Source of the DNA: Dipteris shenzhenensis
Taxonomy: Eukaryota
Length of the DNA: 64,000 nt
Assembly: GCA_047967505.1 (NCBI GenBank)
Contig: CM106538.1
Reading direction: 5' to 3' (one strand)
Shown: piece by piece, positions 12,129 through 25,811 of the stretch
Layout of the letters: every line of letters starts with the position of its first letter
How positions within the stretch are numbered: the first letter of the stretch is position 1
Made by a program: the position numbers and the translations under genes
The notes under the pieces: model-generated
What the model was told of the DNA's origin: nothing
Databases searched by the model: none
What the model saw: the letters and a program-made list of their open reading frames with translations, nothing else

Positions 12129-14031
12129 TGTGACAACAAAAAATGATATCTTGTTTTGAAATCTGTGGGAGGGTTTGTGGGGCCCGCAAGGTGACAAAAG
12201 CTAGCCATGGAGACAAAGAACCAAGAAGCGTGACAGAGAAGTTGGTGGCGGGAGATGGCTCTTTGTGGCTACTCTCATTGCGGCTTGTCAATCTTTTGAT
12301 GTCGACTACTTTATTTCATGTAATCATTAATGTGGGTTTGACACTACTTAGAATAATTAATGAAAATGATTGCAAATACGATTATGAGTGGAGTGCATCA
12401 TTGTAAATACCATGGGCATGAATTATAAATACCTTGGTATAGGGATAGAATGGTTTGAGAGATATGTTATTTGCTTTGTAATTGGGAAAATAGAAATGAG
12501 GCATGTACTTTGAGTGGGCCACATGACTGCATGGCCTCCATAAGGTACTAAAATAATATGGAGAGCACATGCCAAGCACATGGACGGCATGTGGAGGAGT
12601 GTGGAAGAGTGTAAAGTCAAGAGGAATCCTTCTAGAATTCCAAGGTGGTGTATGGAGGATATTGACATATGGAAAAGAGAGGGTCCCTATGGGCTCCAAG
12701 GGGAAAGACTCTTGAATTTCTTAAATTTTAAAGAGTCATGAGGATCTTGTGATGGGACACTTGTCAAAATGTACCTAAAAGGACATTTGATGGTGACCCA
12801 TGTGCTTGTCACCAGGGGGTGAAGGAATCTACTAGCTGAAAATGTAATAAGGTGAAGGAGGGTGAGAATTGCTCTATAAAAGAGACCTCTCTCCTCCCTC
12901 TCCATCATCTGGTTCTTCCCTTCGTAATTATGCCATCACTTGTATCTAGCTTTGCCTATCTTTTCCCTTCTCCCTAGAGCATTAGGCTCTCACTTTGTAC
13001 CCCTCTTCTTGCTTTTGATGTTTTGAATAAAGTTCATGCTTCCTTTTCCTCATCCTTCTTCCATCTCCTCTCTCCTCACTCTAAAGCTTAGTGTACCCAC
13101 ATGAGTGAGTCATTTCTAAATCTGTGTTAAGGGTATTCTCTACTCCCCTAGGCAACCTCAATTTTCCATGTATCTGGGAAGCTAGTTCTCTGCTGAAGGA
13201 GATCATTGCGCTTTCCATAACTGCAGTCGGGTATGAATAGTTTTGACAGTCTTCCATAAAATGGTCATAACTTTCTACTCCGAGCTCCGTTTTGGATGAA
13301 ACTTATATCAAAATCTTTGTCTCTTCAAGATCCATCTATTGATGTATTAAGATATTTGTTCCATTTAGTAAAATAAAAGTTATTGTTGTCTGAGTGGTTG
13401 GGTCTATTGTTTGGAATAGTTTTGAGAACCTTTCGTAAAACCGTCATAACTTTCTGTTCCAACCTTTTTTTTGAATGAAATTGATATTAGAATCTTCGTC
13501 TTTTTAAGATCTATCTATTGATGTGTTCAGATATTTGTTCCATTTAGTAGAATAAAAGTTATTGTTGTCTGAGTGGTCGGGTCTGTTGTTTGGAGTAGTT
13601 TTGAGAACCTTTCGTAAAACTGTCATAACTTTCTCTTCCAAGCTCCGTTTTGAATGAAACTGATATCAGAATCTTCATCTTTTTGAGATCTATGTTTTGT
13701 CCCAACCGTCCCATTCAGCCAAATCAGCCCTATCAATTCAGGCCTTTCACATTAGTTCACATTATGTTGAGTCAAAAGATGTTCTTCCAAACAACAGCTC
13801 GCCCTTACTTTTGGGGCTAACCGATTAGCTCAAATCAATGCTTCGCGTCAGCCTTTCTTATTTCCAATGCTAGAGTACAACCTCACCTTTGACATCTATA
13901 TCTTTGTTTTTATTTGAGAAGATAGAGAGTGAGTGTCTTTTTAAGCTTCATCTAATGCCCAAATCTCTTCTCTCTTCTTCAATTTGTGGGTTGAGACGTG
14001 ACCAAAACCAAACCCCCGATTTTGTGTCACA
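12129..14031 (+). repeat. 3' LTR of element A (1903 bp)
   Basis: TGTGACA...TGTCACA terminal inverted repeat, follows the PPT, TATA-like CTATAAAA at ~12874. Confidence 0.9.
13235..13692 (+). repeat. 179-bp tandem repeat (~2.6 copies) inside the LTR
   Basis: Units start at 13235, 13414 and 13593 (ga(a/g)tagttttga...gtcataactttct...). Confidence 0.9.
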
Positions 14032-16301
14032 GTATCATGCAACCGTTGTCGTGAATGGGGAGCCTATAGTTGAGCGGTTGGTGGAAAAGACCTTTTGGGC
14101 ACTAAGGAGGACCCAGTTGAGAAGCCGTGTGAAGTGCATGTAGTGGGTAGATGGAAAGAGGTGCAATACCTTTGTTGGAAGCTCAACAAATACCATAGTT
14201 TCACGTTCCTTCTATGCAATGAGGGTACACCCCAATGGAGCTCGTGCATAGTTCATGTGGTTTTGTAGCAAGGATATGACACACACTTGGAATCCACATT
14301 GGAGCATTAGCTCCATACCCACACCCATACCCTCAAAATGGCAATCGTAAGTGGAACTAACATCTTACAACTAGAAGTGGACTTATTGACGGTTGGGGAA
14401 TTCACTTTGGAGACATCAAATGATGGTGGGGTATCGACGGTCTCTGCTTTTGAGGCACATGTAGACAATGTTCATATGGTCTCAACTTCCAATAGCACAA
14501 CAATAATGAGTGCGAGGGACATCACTTCATGCATTATCATTATGAGGCACACTCCACATTGAGAAAGTGGTTAATGAGACAAATCATGAGGTGTTTATTA
14601 TTGAGTCTGTGATGACTCATTGCATGCAATGGAATATGACGCACACATGGGTACACATATGTGTAAAGGAGTAGTTGCTGAATAGGGAAGTATTATCTAA
14701 GCCGCTTCCCCAAGTTGGATATAATAGGGGTCAGGAAGACGATGTTCTAGGCAATGTATCCTCCCTAGATTGATTCTACTCATTCACATTGTGCCATTGG
14801 ATTTTGTAGCTGATAGTCACTTTGGCTCAAAAGTATCACTAAGTGAGGGTCCTCCCTGCAATGTCGTAGTACTCATTATTATGGTGGGAATTGGGGCACT
14901 TTACATAGCCTCTATCCTTGTGGCTCCTTTGGCATAAATTATGATGAAACTTTTGATCCCCATTTCTAGGGATTGGTATAAGCTATGTTGGTCAATTGAA
15001 TATTTGACTTTGCATTTTGAGTTATGATTTATGATTTTGTTTTTTAAATTATGGATCTAATAATAGGCCCTATTGTTTTCACATATTAACCTTGGATGCC
15101 TAAAATAAATTTATCTCCCCAATTCCGCTTTTGCAACTTCTTGCAAGTTATGCTCTTATCCTTTTTGCATGGGCTTATGAGATTTATTAGGATGGTATTG
15201 AAACTTGTTGTATTGGCACATGTGCCCATACAGCATGTAACACACTTCAATTATGCTAATATGTATTGCTTGTGTGATTAGTGTGTGCCATGCACTTATT
15301 TTTTGTGGCTATGTACATCACGTTTATTCTATGACTGCACACAATGGTATTTTGTCATATTTGTCTATTAGATGTGTTGCATGTTTTATTTGTGCTTACA
15401 CTATGTGTTTTGTTTCACATTACTTGCATTGTGGATGTGCTATTGATGCATGCATTCGTTTTGTGCATGCATTGCTTGTAGTTGCATTCTGCTTTTTGAT
15501 TTGTGTGTGCCATTCGTTATCTTGAAGGCTTTAGCCTTGCTTTGCCTTGACTGGTGCATTACACAAATCTACCCTCTGAGTGACTACAATTAACTTCTCC
15601 TTGCATTGAAGGCGACTTCTACAAGTCTATCCTAGCATATGGATCTAGTCATATAGATGCAATTTGTAGCTATGAAGGTATACTTATTACTCTAGAATCA
15701 TCTCTTTAGTCAACTGTGGAAGCAAAATTGACAAGATTCAATGATGAAGCTTTAATTACACCATCCAATCAAGTGACAAATTGATGCTAATCTTAGGGTT
15801 AGGGTTTTCCTATGGCCCCTTTTAGGATCCTCTCTAGACCTTAGTCTATGGTGCAATTTACACCATTCTTAACATGTACCAAACCCTATTCATAGATTGT
15901 GGATCTTGGTAATACCTAGATTTTGTTTCCTATATTTCCCTACAATCTTTAACTTATGTGTGCCTCTATTATCATTTTTGTGCATATATAATGAGTGAGT
16001 GAGAGATTTGAGAGCTAGGTGTGACATGTAGAAGCTTAAGATTTTGCTATGAGGGTAGTCAAGGCATAGGATTCTCTAGTCTCTCTCACAATCACCATGG
16101 TCTAAGAGTTTAAAATGCAAGTATGGTGCTTGGCAGGATGAGATGCTCCCTAAATGCGATTATGGATATAGTTTATGCCATGGGTTCTTATTAAACAAAA
16201 TCATGGCCTATGCAAAGTTGCAAGTTAATAATTCATTAGTGTTTTGTTAATAAGAGTGTTTTGATGCTTACTAGGGTCTAGCACATGCAAGAGATACCAA
16301 A

Positions 16302-16303
<2 letters not shown>

Positions 16304-16336
<33 letters not shown>
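16304..16336. repeat. (CT)n microsatellite
   Basis: Direct inspection. Confidence 0.95.
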
Positions 16337-16339
<3 letters not shown>

Positions 16340-18444
16340 GTCTTTCAATACAAGTTGATTATACATGAAATGTGAACAAGATGGAGTGTAATTTTGTAAC
16401 TAATGGGAAACAAGAGACACAACACTAAATAATAAGGAATCTTGAGTAGCTAATTGTAGCAAAGTAGTTTCAAATGTAGCCTTCCAAACATGTTCCTACA
16501 TTTGTTATATTTTCCAAAAAACCTCCAAATATGTGCCTGTGTTTGTTATATTTTCCAAACAATATGCAAAAGAATTCCAAAAAACCTCCAAATATGTGGA
16601 GTTGAGGCCCACTTCAAGGATTTTGAATTTTTGGAAAAAATCTTTTGTAGCATGAACACTATCATTTGGGAAAAATGTTTTGCAGCATGAACACTATCAT
16701 CCAATAACTAGCATTGCTTTTTTGAAAATAGATTTGATGATGGTTCATTGGTCTTGATGTAACATTAATATATGCAATAGTCCCACATTTAAAGCCCTCA
16801 TCTAACTTCCTCTTCAATTACAATCATCTAATCCATGAGCTTATTGAGTGACAACAAAATAGAATGGTGGGCGTGATATTTTGTGTACATTTTATACATT
16901 TCTTGGAATGTAGATTGAATGCTACACTCACCATCTAATGAATTTGGATACGTTGCTTTAATTTGTGAAATTAGTCATTCCCCATTAGATCCATTTTCGA
17001 TCATAATTTAAAATAAAACAAATGACCTAAATACTTGCAAACAAAAGTTGGGAGTGACATTTACAAATAAAACCTTGATTGATATTGATAAAATGTTATG
17101 ATTTATAGAATTTAATTATTGTTATATATATTTTTTAAAATTGGCATTTTGTATGTTTATATTATAATATTCTATGATAACAATTTTGATGAGGTTGGAT
17201 AGATGCTTGGGAAAGGGTAACTTCCCTATCTATAGAACAAGATCTATAATGATGCCTTTAGAGGGGCTACAATATGATTAAGAATTGGGTCATAGATAGA
17301 ATTAAGATCTTCTTGAAAGCCAAAATGTATAATATTGAAGATATTTACACATAATAAAACATGAAGATACAAAATCTCAAGACATATTTGTTTTATAGAA
17401 TTCTTAATAAGATGAAACATTGAATATATAACAGCTAAACATACAACATAAGATTGTTCCCTTCCTTTGCTAATTTCACTACTTTTTTGACATTTTGTTG
17501 TTTGTAAGGGAGTTAAAATCTAGGTCGTTTAGAATAATTCTCACAAAAAATATTGCTATTAAGATAAGCATCAAAATTTAACATTTTAATAGTAATAAAT
17601 GTTCAAAAATATTTATGTTTATTCAAAGGATCTTAATCTACCTCTCCTTACTTTAGCCTCATTATAACATTGTAATAATATGAATTGCTACTTTTGATCT
17701 ATATTATAAAATAATTCTAACTCTTTATATCACTTTGTAATATTTCAAATGATAAGCCTATTTTTCCTATAGTCGTTAGCAATTTCAAATGATAAACATA
17801 TATTTCAAATAAATGATTGATTAATATGGAAAATATTTTAAATTACATAGTTGAGAAGAAGTTTAATTGATTGTGGGTGATAATTTATTGTTAGAAACAT
17901 ACATCATCTAAGGTAAGAATAGAATCGAATTCAGAATGGTGAACATTGAATCATAATAAAGGTGAACATGTGATTTCTTAGGCCCACCCTATGTTAAAAA
18001 GGGTTTTTAAATGTGGTGTGACGCATATAGGAAAGAGTTCATTACCTTAGTTTTAAAGAATCCTTCTTGTGGTCCACATAATATGTCAAGTAAAGAGAAT
18101 AATTGCTAGTAAATCTATAAAATGATGTACAAGGCATCATGACTCCATTGAAATAGGAATTTGTCATATTTTTTATAGGGAAAAGGTTTGTCCTTAATGA
18201 TTTATAATCTATGAAAATGAATGCAAGTTACCCAAATCTAAAAATTCTTTTATGAAGTGGGCCCATTAGATTAAACATTGAGATATGAAGTCTTTTTAAT
18301 GTAGGAAAGCTCGTGGCATTGATATTCAATATAATAAAATACCACTTAGTAGACAATCTATTCCAATAAGATCTATGAATGAATCTAAAGATGTGTGCAT
18401 GCATGCATGAAAATATACATATATGCATGTAGGTGCGTGCGTGC

Positions 18445-18709
<265 letters not shown>

Positions 18710-21149
18710 ACAAAAACATGAGCCAATGAGAAAAAACGAAATAAAAGTTCCCTTTGTCAATGAGGGGATAGTTGTGGGACATCCATTTAGCTTCCAAGGA
18801 ATACTGAAAAATAGCTTATATCTTAACACACAATTTCTATGAATGTCACTAGTGAAATTTTTTGATGGCTTGTCGCCTTCCTTTACATGACAAATCCTCC
18901 TCAATAATTGCTAGTAGCTCACAAGTCTGATGAAGGCATCATTTCTAACCATGAATACCTTGATCATAAGTAGCTTCAAGTGCCATGATATTATAAGATA
19001 AGCTAACTATAACAATTGCGCAGTCTGCATTGATTTTCTAGTAGAAATACGGGTTCATAAAAATAAATTTCGTTTGTTAATAACTAAGTTTTGATAGTAT
19101 TGAACCCACTGTGCCTTAAGTTATTTAGTAGAATGAACAATTGTATAAATTCTTGTCTAATTCGAAGACTAACAACATAAATGGATATCCACTAGTGAAT
19201 TTAAGCCTAAGGCATTACAATGTGTATTGTCAAATAGTGTTTAAAAGTGTATAATTAACTAGTGTTGAAAGAAGATACAAGGAGGGTGTGTGGTGATAGG
19301 GGGTGCCTAGAGGGACCCTTGGTAGTAGTATATGGACATAGAGGATATTCTAGTCTAAAATGGATTAATAAAAGGAAAGGCGAGTAGACATCGGGGTAAT
19401 AAAGATCTAAATCAAAAGATTCCATAGACCTCTAGTTGACCAAGCAACATATATAAGACCATTGTAAGTGAGTGAGCCCCATCCACTTCCTGTGTGTAAG
19501 GTGAAGTCACAAAGATCTACCCCATAGAGAAGCAATTCCATTTCTTTTAATGGAGGATAGTAAACAAGCTTTAACATCCCTGACAATAATTATGTTACTA
19601 CATTGTTAGTGGATGATTATTGGTGGATGTCATAGCATTGAGGCAAGGAACAAATGTGCTTGGAGTATTTGGACTCTCCATGCTAAAACAGTGTAGTGTC
19701 AACATTGTTAGATTAATAGAGAGAAAGTAACACTGTTAGTATGGGACCACAATAGTGATGTGTATTACAAGTAGGGAATATTATCTAGAATTAATTATTA
19801 CCACTGCAAATATATTGACTTTTGAAGCAAATATTCTCTAGAGTTAATTATTACCACCGTAAATGTCTTGATCTTTGAAGCAAATTGATAAATCTACTCT
19901 CAAGCTTACTTTGCAGTGTATAAGCATAGGCATAGTGTTTGTCTAATGACCTAAGGAGGTATGATCAATTTTGGCATTCAAATGAGGGCCTATTGGGATC
20001 TACATGAAGAGATTTTGTATGTGGGGGAAATGAATGACCAATTACAAAATACACTATGATGAGCCCAACATCTTCATCAAGGGGGAGGGTAGGAGATGCT
20101 GATTGGTCTGCTTGCTTAGCCATGTTAGCTTCAACGGCTCCTTCTTAGATCAATTCCTTATCTGTTCACTATGGTGTTGTGGCCTCATTTTTGCTATGGC
20201 AAGGCTGGAATTTGGGACTTCTTCATGGTCTTCATCATTTTGGCTCCCACTATTAGTAATGCTACTTGCTGAACAGATTTCTAAATCATGCTATTAGACA
20301 TTGACTGAATTTTGAAACGGCACTATTCAAGTGCACCTTATGAAAATGCAAGAGCAAATGATGATGAGGTTGAACTATTGGTCCTATGATGCCATTGTAG
20401 TTATTTTATGATGAGAGAACGTTAGCCTTTGGAAATCAAGGGAAGGAATCAAGGGTGATATTATCATTCTCTCAGCATTATCAGTTTAAGTGAAGGAGTT
20501 AATCTTGTAATTTAGTTCTTTTTGGCATTTTGAGATACATCAATTTCTAAGCACATTAGTCAGAGATTAAATGAATTCTTAAGCGGCGCTATTCAAGTGC
20601 ACACAGTATACGATAATGCAAGAGCGAATGATGAGGAGGTTGAAATATCGGTCCTATAATGGTATTGTGAGAGATATTAGTTGCTAACTAGTATAAAGTA
20701 TTTCTTGCTTGAGATGAACATTTAACTTTTTATAAAATTATTCTTTTCTTTTTCAAAAGATTAGGGCAAGTTTAATAGTGTAGAATTCCTTGGCCCAAAG
20801 AAAATTGTGGCTCACATTGAGGAAGCAAGGCTAGAGAAAGAGATACATGGGAAAATCTATTGCTCTTAAAGGGTAATGCCATATTATAGAATTTTTGGTA
20901 AAATGTACATGCATCATGCAATTGGAAGACAACATTCAAAACCTACCCAAGAAAGATTATATACTTACAACAATATCTCCAGGCAGACAAATAATGATCT
21001 TGCTTACCTCTATAAACTAATCAATGGCATGTTGGTTAGTTTTTAGGCCATTAGATTAGCTCTTATGTGGAGCTACATTTGCTATTCAAATGCACAAGAT
21101 ACATATGGATTTGAAAGGAGGCTGCACATGCCATGCCTATGATTTAGCA

Positions 21150-21298
21150 AGTGAGATTCACTTAGACTTACACTCTAGACAATGTTAACTGAAATTCACT
21201 TAAGCTTCTATTATAGACAATGAGTGGAATTCACTTAGACTTCCATTGTAGACATTGAGTGAAATTCACCTAGACTTCCATTGTAGACAATGTGTGAA
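21150..21298. repeat. ~35-bp minisatellite (~4 copies)
   Basis: Unit agtg(g/a)aattcacttagacttccattgtagaca(a/t)tg; clear units start at 21223 and 21258. Confidence 0.85.
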
Positions 21299-22099
21299 TA
21301 GATTGCTACATCAAGAAAAATACTTTTGGTTTCATAAGTCTTTCTGAAGTTCTATAAAGCAAACAAAAATATCAAGCATGTGCTTGGCATCAAGCTACTT
21401 CATGCTCATGTGATGGTATTGTGAGTGATTAGCAATTATTATATTATGATTTGTCGATGAATTATGACTACCCACATGCTTATAATTTTGGATATCTTTA
21501 GTGCTTTTAGAGAAATTTATAAATGATATTTAATACTTTTATTATCTTTTAAACACCAAAAACCTATTTATTACACAATATATGTTTGAAAAAAATTACA
21601 AAGTAGCAATTCACATTTTTACATCAAACACGGTGCACTAATAAACCTGAGGGGTGCACCACTAGGAAAACTTACAACTTGCATGTAAGCGGTAACATGA
21701 AAACCCCTAGGTACATCTAAATCCTAAATTCTTTTCATTTTAGAGAAATTTAAATTTTGATTTTGTAAATTAAAAAACCCCTTATGGATCTATATTTCTA
21801 TGCATATGTTGAAATTAAAAACCTCTTATATTGAACCCATGTCATCTCATGGTTTAATAGAGGGCTAATAAAAATGAAACCTATATTCATAAGAGAAATT
21901 ATGTACATGTATTTTTTAACTCTTTCTTCTTTCATCTCCTAAGTAAATAAACCTAGACTTCTTAATAGATGGTCATCAGTTCCATTTTGACTCTTAATAT
22001 CCTACTTGTTAGGATCCTCATCAATAAAGGGAGATTTAGCCCCCTCCTCGAATTTCACAAGCTCACCATTCTTAAAGTGCCGAAATTATTAAGCAGGTG

Positions 22100-22620
22100 G
22101 TCAGAGGCCCAAGGAAATAAGACCAAGTACCAAACTGCAAAATTTGGCTGACAAAAGGGGGCCCATGCCTTTATAAATGCTGTAAAATGTAGATGTTAGA
22201 TTAGCATTGATGTGGGTCCTAATTTCCAAGAGGTTCTTGCTTACAACCTGGTCTTTCTCTATCAGGACCCAACACAGTTCTCTCAAAATTCCCTTGACAA
22301 GCAAAGTAATCGCCAAAGCTTTGAACCTCAACCCCTTAGCTACATCAAATGCCAACTCATTGTGGTACTCCCACAGGGCAATCAGGAGTGCCGCCCAACA
22401 TATGGCCATCACGCTACCATCAAAGACGAGAGACGGTGATCATCTCCCAAGAGCACTAGCATCCAGTTAGAGCCAGGAATAAGCCCGAATCACAAATACT
22501 TAAATTGTAGGTTGGGGCTCATATGAGCCATGTTGTACTCTACCCTTGTCTATACTAGATCTAGCACCACCTTTACATCTCCATTAGGCAAAATGTCCTC
22601 TTTATGCACTTGCTGTGAAA
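22100..22620 (-). pseudogene. Possible LINE ORF2 C-terminal remnant
   Basis: WAALLIALWEYHNELAF resembles the W-x-LW-xx-RN-xx-F motif of plant L1 ORF2 tails; otherwise very decayed. Confidence 0.3.
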
Positions 22621-24489
22621 TATTGGCTGCCCTGGTAGTGTAATTCTTTAGTGAGGTGCAATGCACTGATTCACTAAGAGGAAATATCTAATGCTACTCA
22701 CATACACCTCTATGTATGCAATATTTTTGCTGTCTCCATTTATGTGGATTTGTTCAGATTAGTGTAACATAGATGCTAAATGATTTCTTCTCGGGTTACT
22801 GTTAAATAAAATTAACATCTTTAATGGCATCCATGCCTAGTTTCTTACTGTAACATGATGAAATTATTAGATCAAATAATTGAAATGTATGTGTACGATC
22901 CATGAGTGATAAGTTGAATATAGCCTTCCTTGTACTTGGGCAAATTTGGTGCACGCAAAGGACTAGCTCACAATTATTTACTAATAAATTTCACTTTCGA
23001 AGATGACATGACATTCATTTTGCTCACAACATTCAATGGTGCATTCGTTATTTATTGATTGTAGAGATTAAATTGTCCTTACTTGACAGTTAGATATATT
23101 AAGACGATAAACAAGAAACTTTGTAGGTTACCCCATAAGTCGTTTGCGCTAAACCACATGTTACAAACATTATGTTTCTTCAAAAGCATAAATTCTCTCT
23201 CTCCTAAATACCACCTTGATTTTGCTTCATTATAAAATTCTAATAATATGCATTCCTATTTTCTAATTTGATGTAGGAAATTAGTCCACAATCTCTAAAT
23301 TTTTGCATGATGAACATACCTTGCCCATCGTGACCACAAAGGATAGAATCCTAAACGTCATATGAGCTTTCTTATTACATGAGAAGAGACTCTTAAACTT
23401 CTAAATTTTTTTAAACAGTTAAAAGGTGGTTGAATTGCTTGGGAAGAATCAACATGTCTTGAACTAGGATTAATAAAGCTATATTAAAACATATACAATG
23501 TGAAGGAAGAACTAGGTCAAGGTCATGGTGATGAAAGAATGAATCATGCTAGAGTTAACGTGTGATTCTTTGGGACCACCCTATATCTACTTTTATTGTG
23601 TAATTGATGTTATTCGTATTGGAAATACACATGTAGCAAAGGGTTCACGACTAGCTAGTGTACTCTAATATTAGCATGATTATCTTGTAATTGACGTATT
23701 GAAAAATGTATTGTTCACACATTGATACAATGATGTACAAGCCACATCGATCCCAAATAAGCATTTATCCCCTTTTTTACAAGGTCAAGATTTGTCTTGA
23801 GCTTTTTAATTAAAATCTACTCAAATTTTGTGTAAAGTACCCTATAGCACACGTTTACTCTACGACTTGGAGTGCGTCCATTAGATGAAACATTGAGATA
23901 TCAGGCTTCTCCTATCCAAGGAAGGTCGTCACATTAGAATTGACTTTATACAAATACCTTTTGGTAGAACATCCTTTCTAATAAAAGGTAACATCAATAG
24001 CTCTTTAAGTCAAAAGGTTTAGTTAAGGGAATTATTATGAGTATATTAGATTAGAACTTTAAAATTGGCATCAAAAGAAAATGGGACTACATGCGAAAAT
24101 CAAGGTTTAGAAGAGTGAGAAAAACAAAAGCATTCAATTTTTTAGAAGGTGGAGGGAGGCTTTAAAGGTGCTCGACAAGTTGGGGGATGCAATTTGTGAA
24201 GCTAGGACATCGGGATTCTCCTAAGCTTTATGTGTTTATGCAAGTTCATGCATGGAGCATGCGTGTGTCCCTTGGGTGATTCAATTGTTATATAGGGGCC
24301 CCTATAACATGGGTGCTTGGACCTCAAAAAACCCCCTTTTAACATGTTATACGTATAGGTATTTGCTTGAAAATAAAGCATACCTCCCTTGGTACATGCT
24401 TGGTCACAAAATCCCCCTTTCCTTGCATGGTGGTTGGTGAGAATTAAGAGTGAATTGCATTTGGGGAGGTGTGAGTGTGTGTGTGTGTG

Positions 24490-24509
24490 TGTTTGTTGTG
24501 TGTGTGTGT

Positions 24510-24563
<54 letters not shown>

Positions 24564-24671
24564 AAGGAAGAGAGCACAACCACCTAAATAAAAGCAAAAT
24601 GTGTCCTTTGAGGTGGGGCTGACATTGAAATACATGCTTCTTTTAATGAATTGTTAGCAAGTGATGTTTGT

Positions 24672-24732
<61 letters not shown>

Positions 24733-24940
24733 AAGGAAGAGAGCACAACCACCTAAATAAAAGCAAAATGTGTCCTTTGAAGTAGGGCTCACATTGAAAT
24801 ACATGCTTCTTTTAATGAATTGTTAGCCAAGTGATATATATATTATGCTTTGTGAATTTGGGGAACATGGATAGGACCACCAAATAAAAGCAAGAGAGTC
24901 CTTTGAGGTGGGGAGCACCTTGAAGCACATGTTTTTCTTA
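24490..24940. repeat. ~170-bp tandem duplication containing (TG)n(AG)n, plus a diverged partial third copy
   Basis: gagttttgaaggaagagagcacaaccacctaaataaaagcaaaatgtgtcctttga occurs at ~24556 and ~24725; diverged copy at ~24877-24940. Confidence 0.9.
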
Positions 24941-25103
24941 GACATGGTATATGGAAGGGGTATGTTGTGTGAAAGGAGAGAAAAACCTAGACTAATTTTT
25001 GAGGTGAGAGAGAGAGAGAGAGAGACTTTTTAGCATAGACAAAGATAATCTAAACCCCCATTCACACCACACACACACAACACACAGTTAACGAACACTT
25101 TAC

Positions 25104-25149
<46 letters not shown>

Positions 25150-25323
25150 CACTAAAATTGTGGATGGGCAAAAGGGGCGAGGGGTAGGTGGTAGTACTTG
25201 GAAGATTCTTAAGCTGAGAAAGGCCATGGTCTTTGTGTGTGAAAGAGGGGTGGGGGGGTAAAGGAAAAAACCAAAACCTTTTCAAGTAAATGAACGAAAA
25301 AAAAAAGCGAAAAAAAAAAAGAG

Positions 25324-25372
25324 CACGTGGGAAGAGAGATGGACACGTGGCGAAGGGCAGGAGGGACACGTG
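25324..25372 (+). promoter_or_regulatory. Three G-box/ABRE-like motifs in the promoter of the CCCH gene
   Basis: CACGTG at 25324, 25344 (GACACGTGGC) and 25367, about 440-490 bp upstream of the ATG. Confidence 0.55.
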
Positions 25373-25811
25373 GGGATGGGCTACGGGGAAAGGGGCAAAA
25401 ATCGCAGGGCGACGGGCGGTAGGCAATGATTGACAGCGGAAAGGCGGGTTCCTGGTTTTGGGTGAGCCTTGTCGTGCAGTGCCGGAAAACCACAAAAGGG
25501 CGGGAATGGACGCCGGGGCGCCGCGAAACCGCCATCAGGAGAGTGGTTCCCGGTTTTGCTTCCGGAATGACCACAGGGACGCCCATTCTCTCTTCGTCTT
25601 CTTCCTTTCTTCCTTCCTTTCTTCGTCGTCGTCGTCTTCTTCTTCTTCTTCTTCTTCTTCTTTTCGCAGTTCACTGTTGCTTCTTCCGAGCTCGCCATCG
25701 CCATAGCCAGCTCCCCCCCCCCCAAAGCTTCCCTTCTCCATATCCCCCTCTTCTCCTTCCCAAGCTCCCCCCCTTCCCCTTGCTCCTTCCCCATCTCCTC
25801 CCCCATGTCTC

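Larger units (their letters stand above)
6806..14031 (+). mobile_element. Ty3/gypsy LTR retrotransposon A (Tat-like; GAG-PR-RT-RH-aRH-INT), 5' LTR truncated
   Basis: Direct repeats 6806-7017 and 13820-14031, domain order read from the ORFs, PPT next to the 3' LTR, several stops and frameshifts. Confidence 0.93.

Noticed and set aside
14032-14960. Coding-like sequence right after element A's 3' LTR
   Set aside because: Many stops and no recognisable motif; cannot be assigned.
21150-21298. CRISPR-like appearance of the 35-bp and 27-bp repeats
   Set aside because: Head-to-tail repeats without unique spacers, in eukaryotic DNA with no cas genes.
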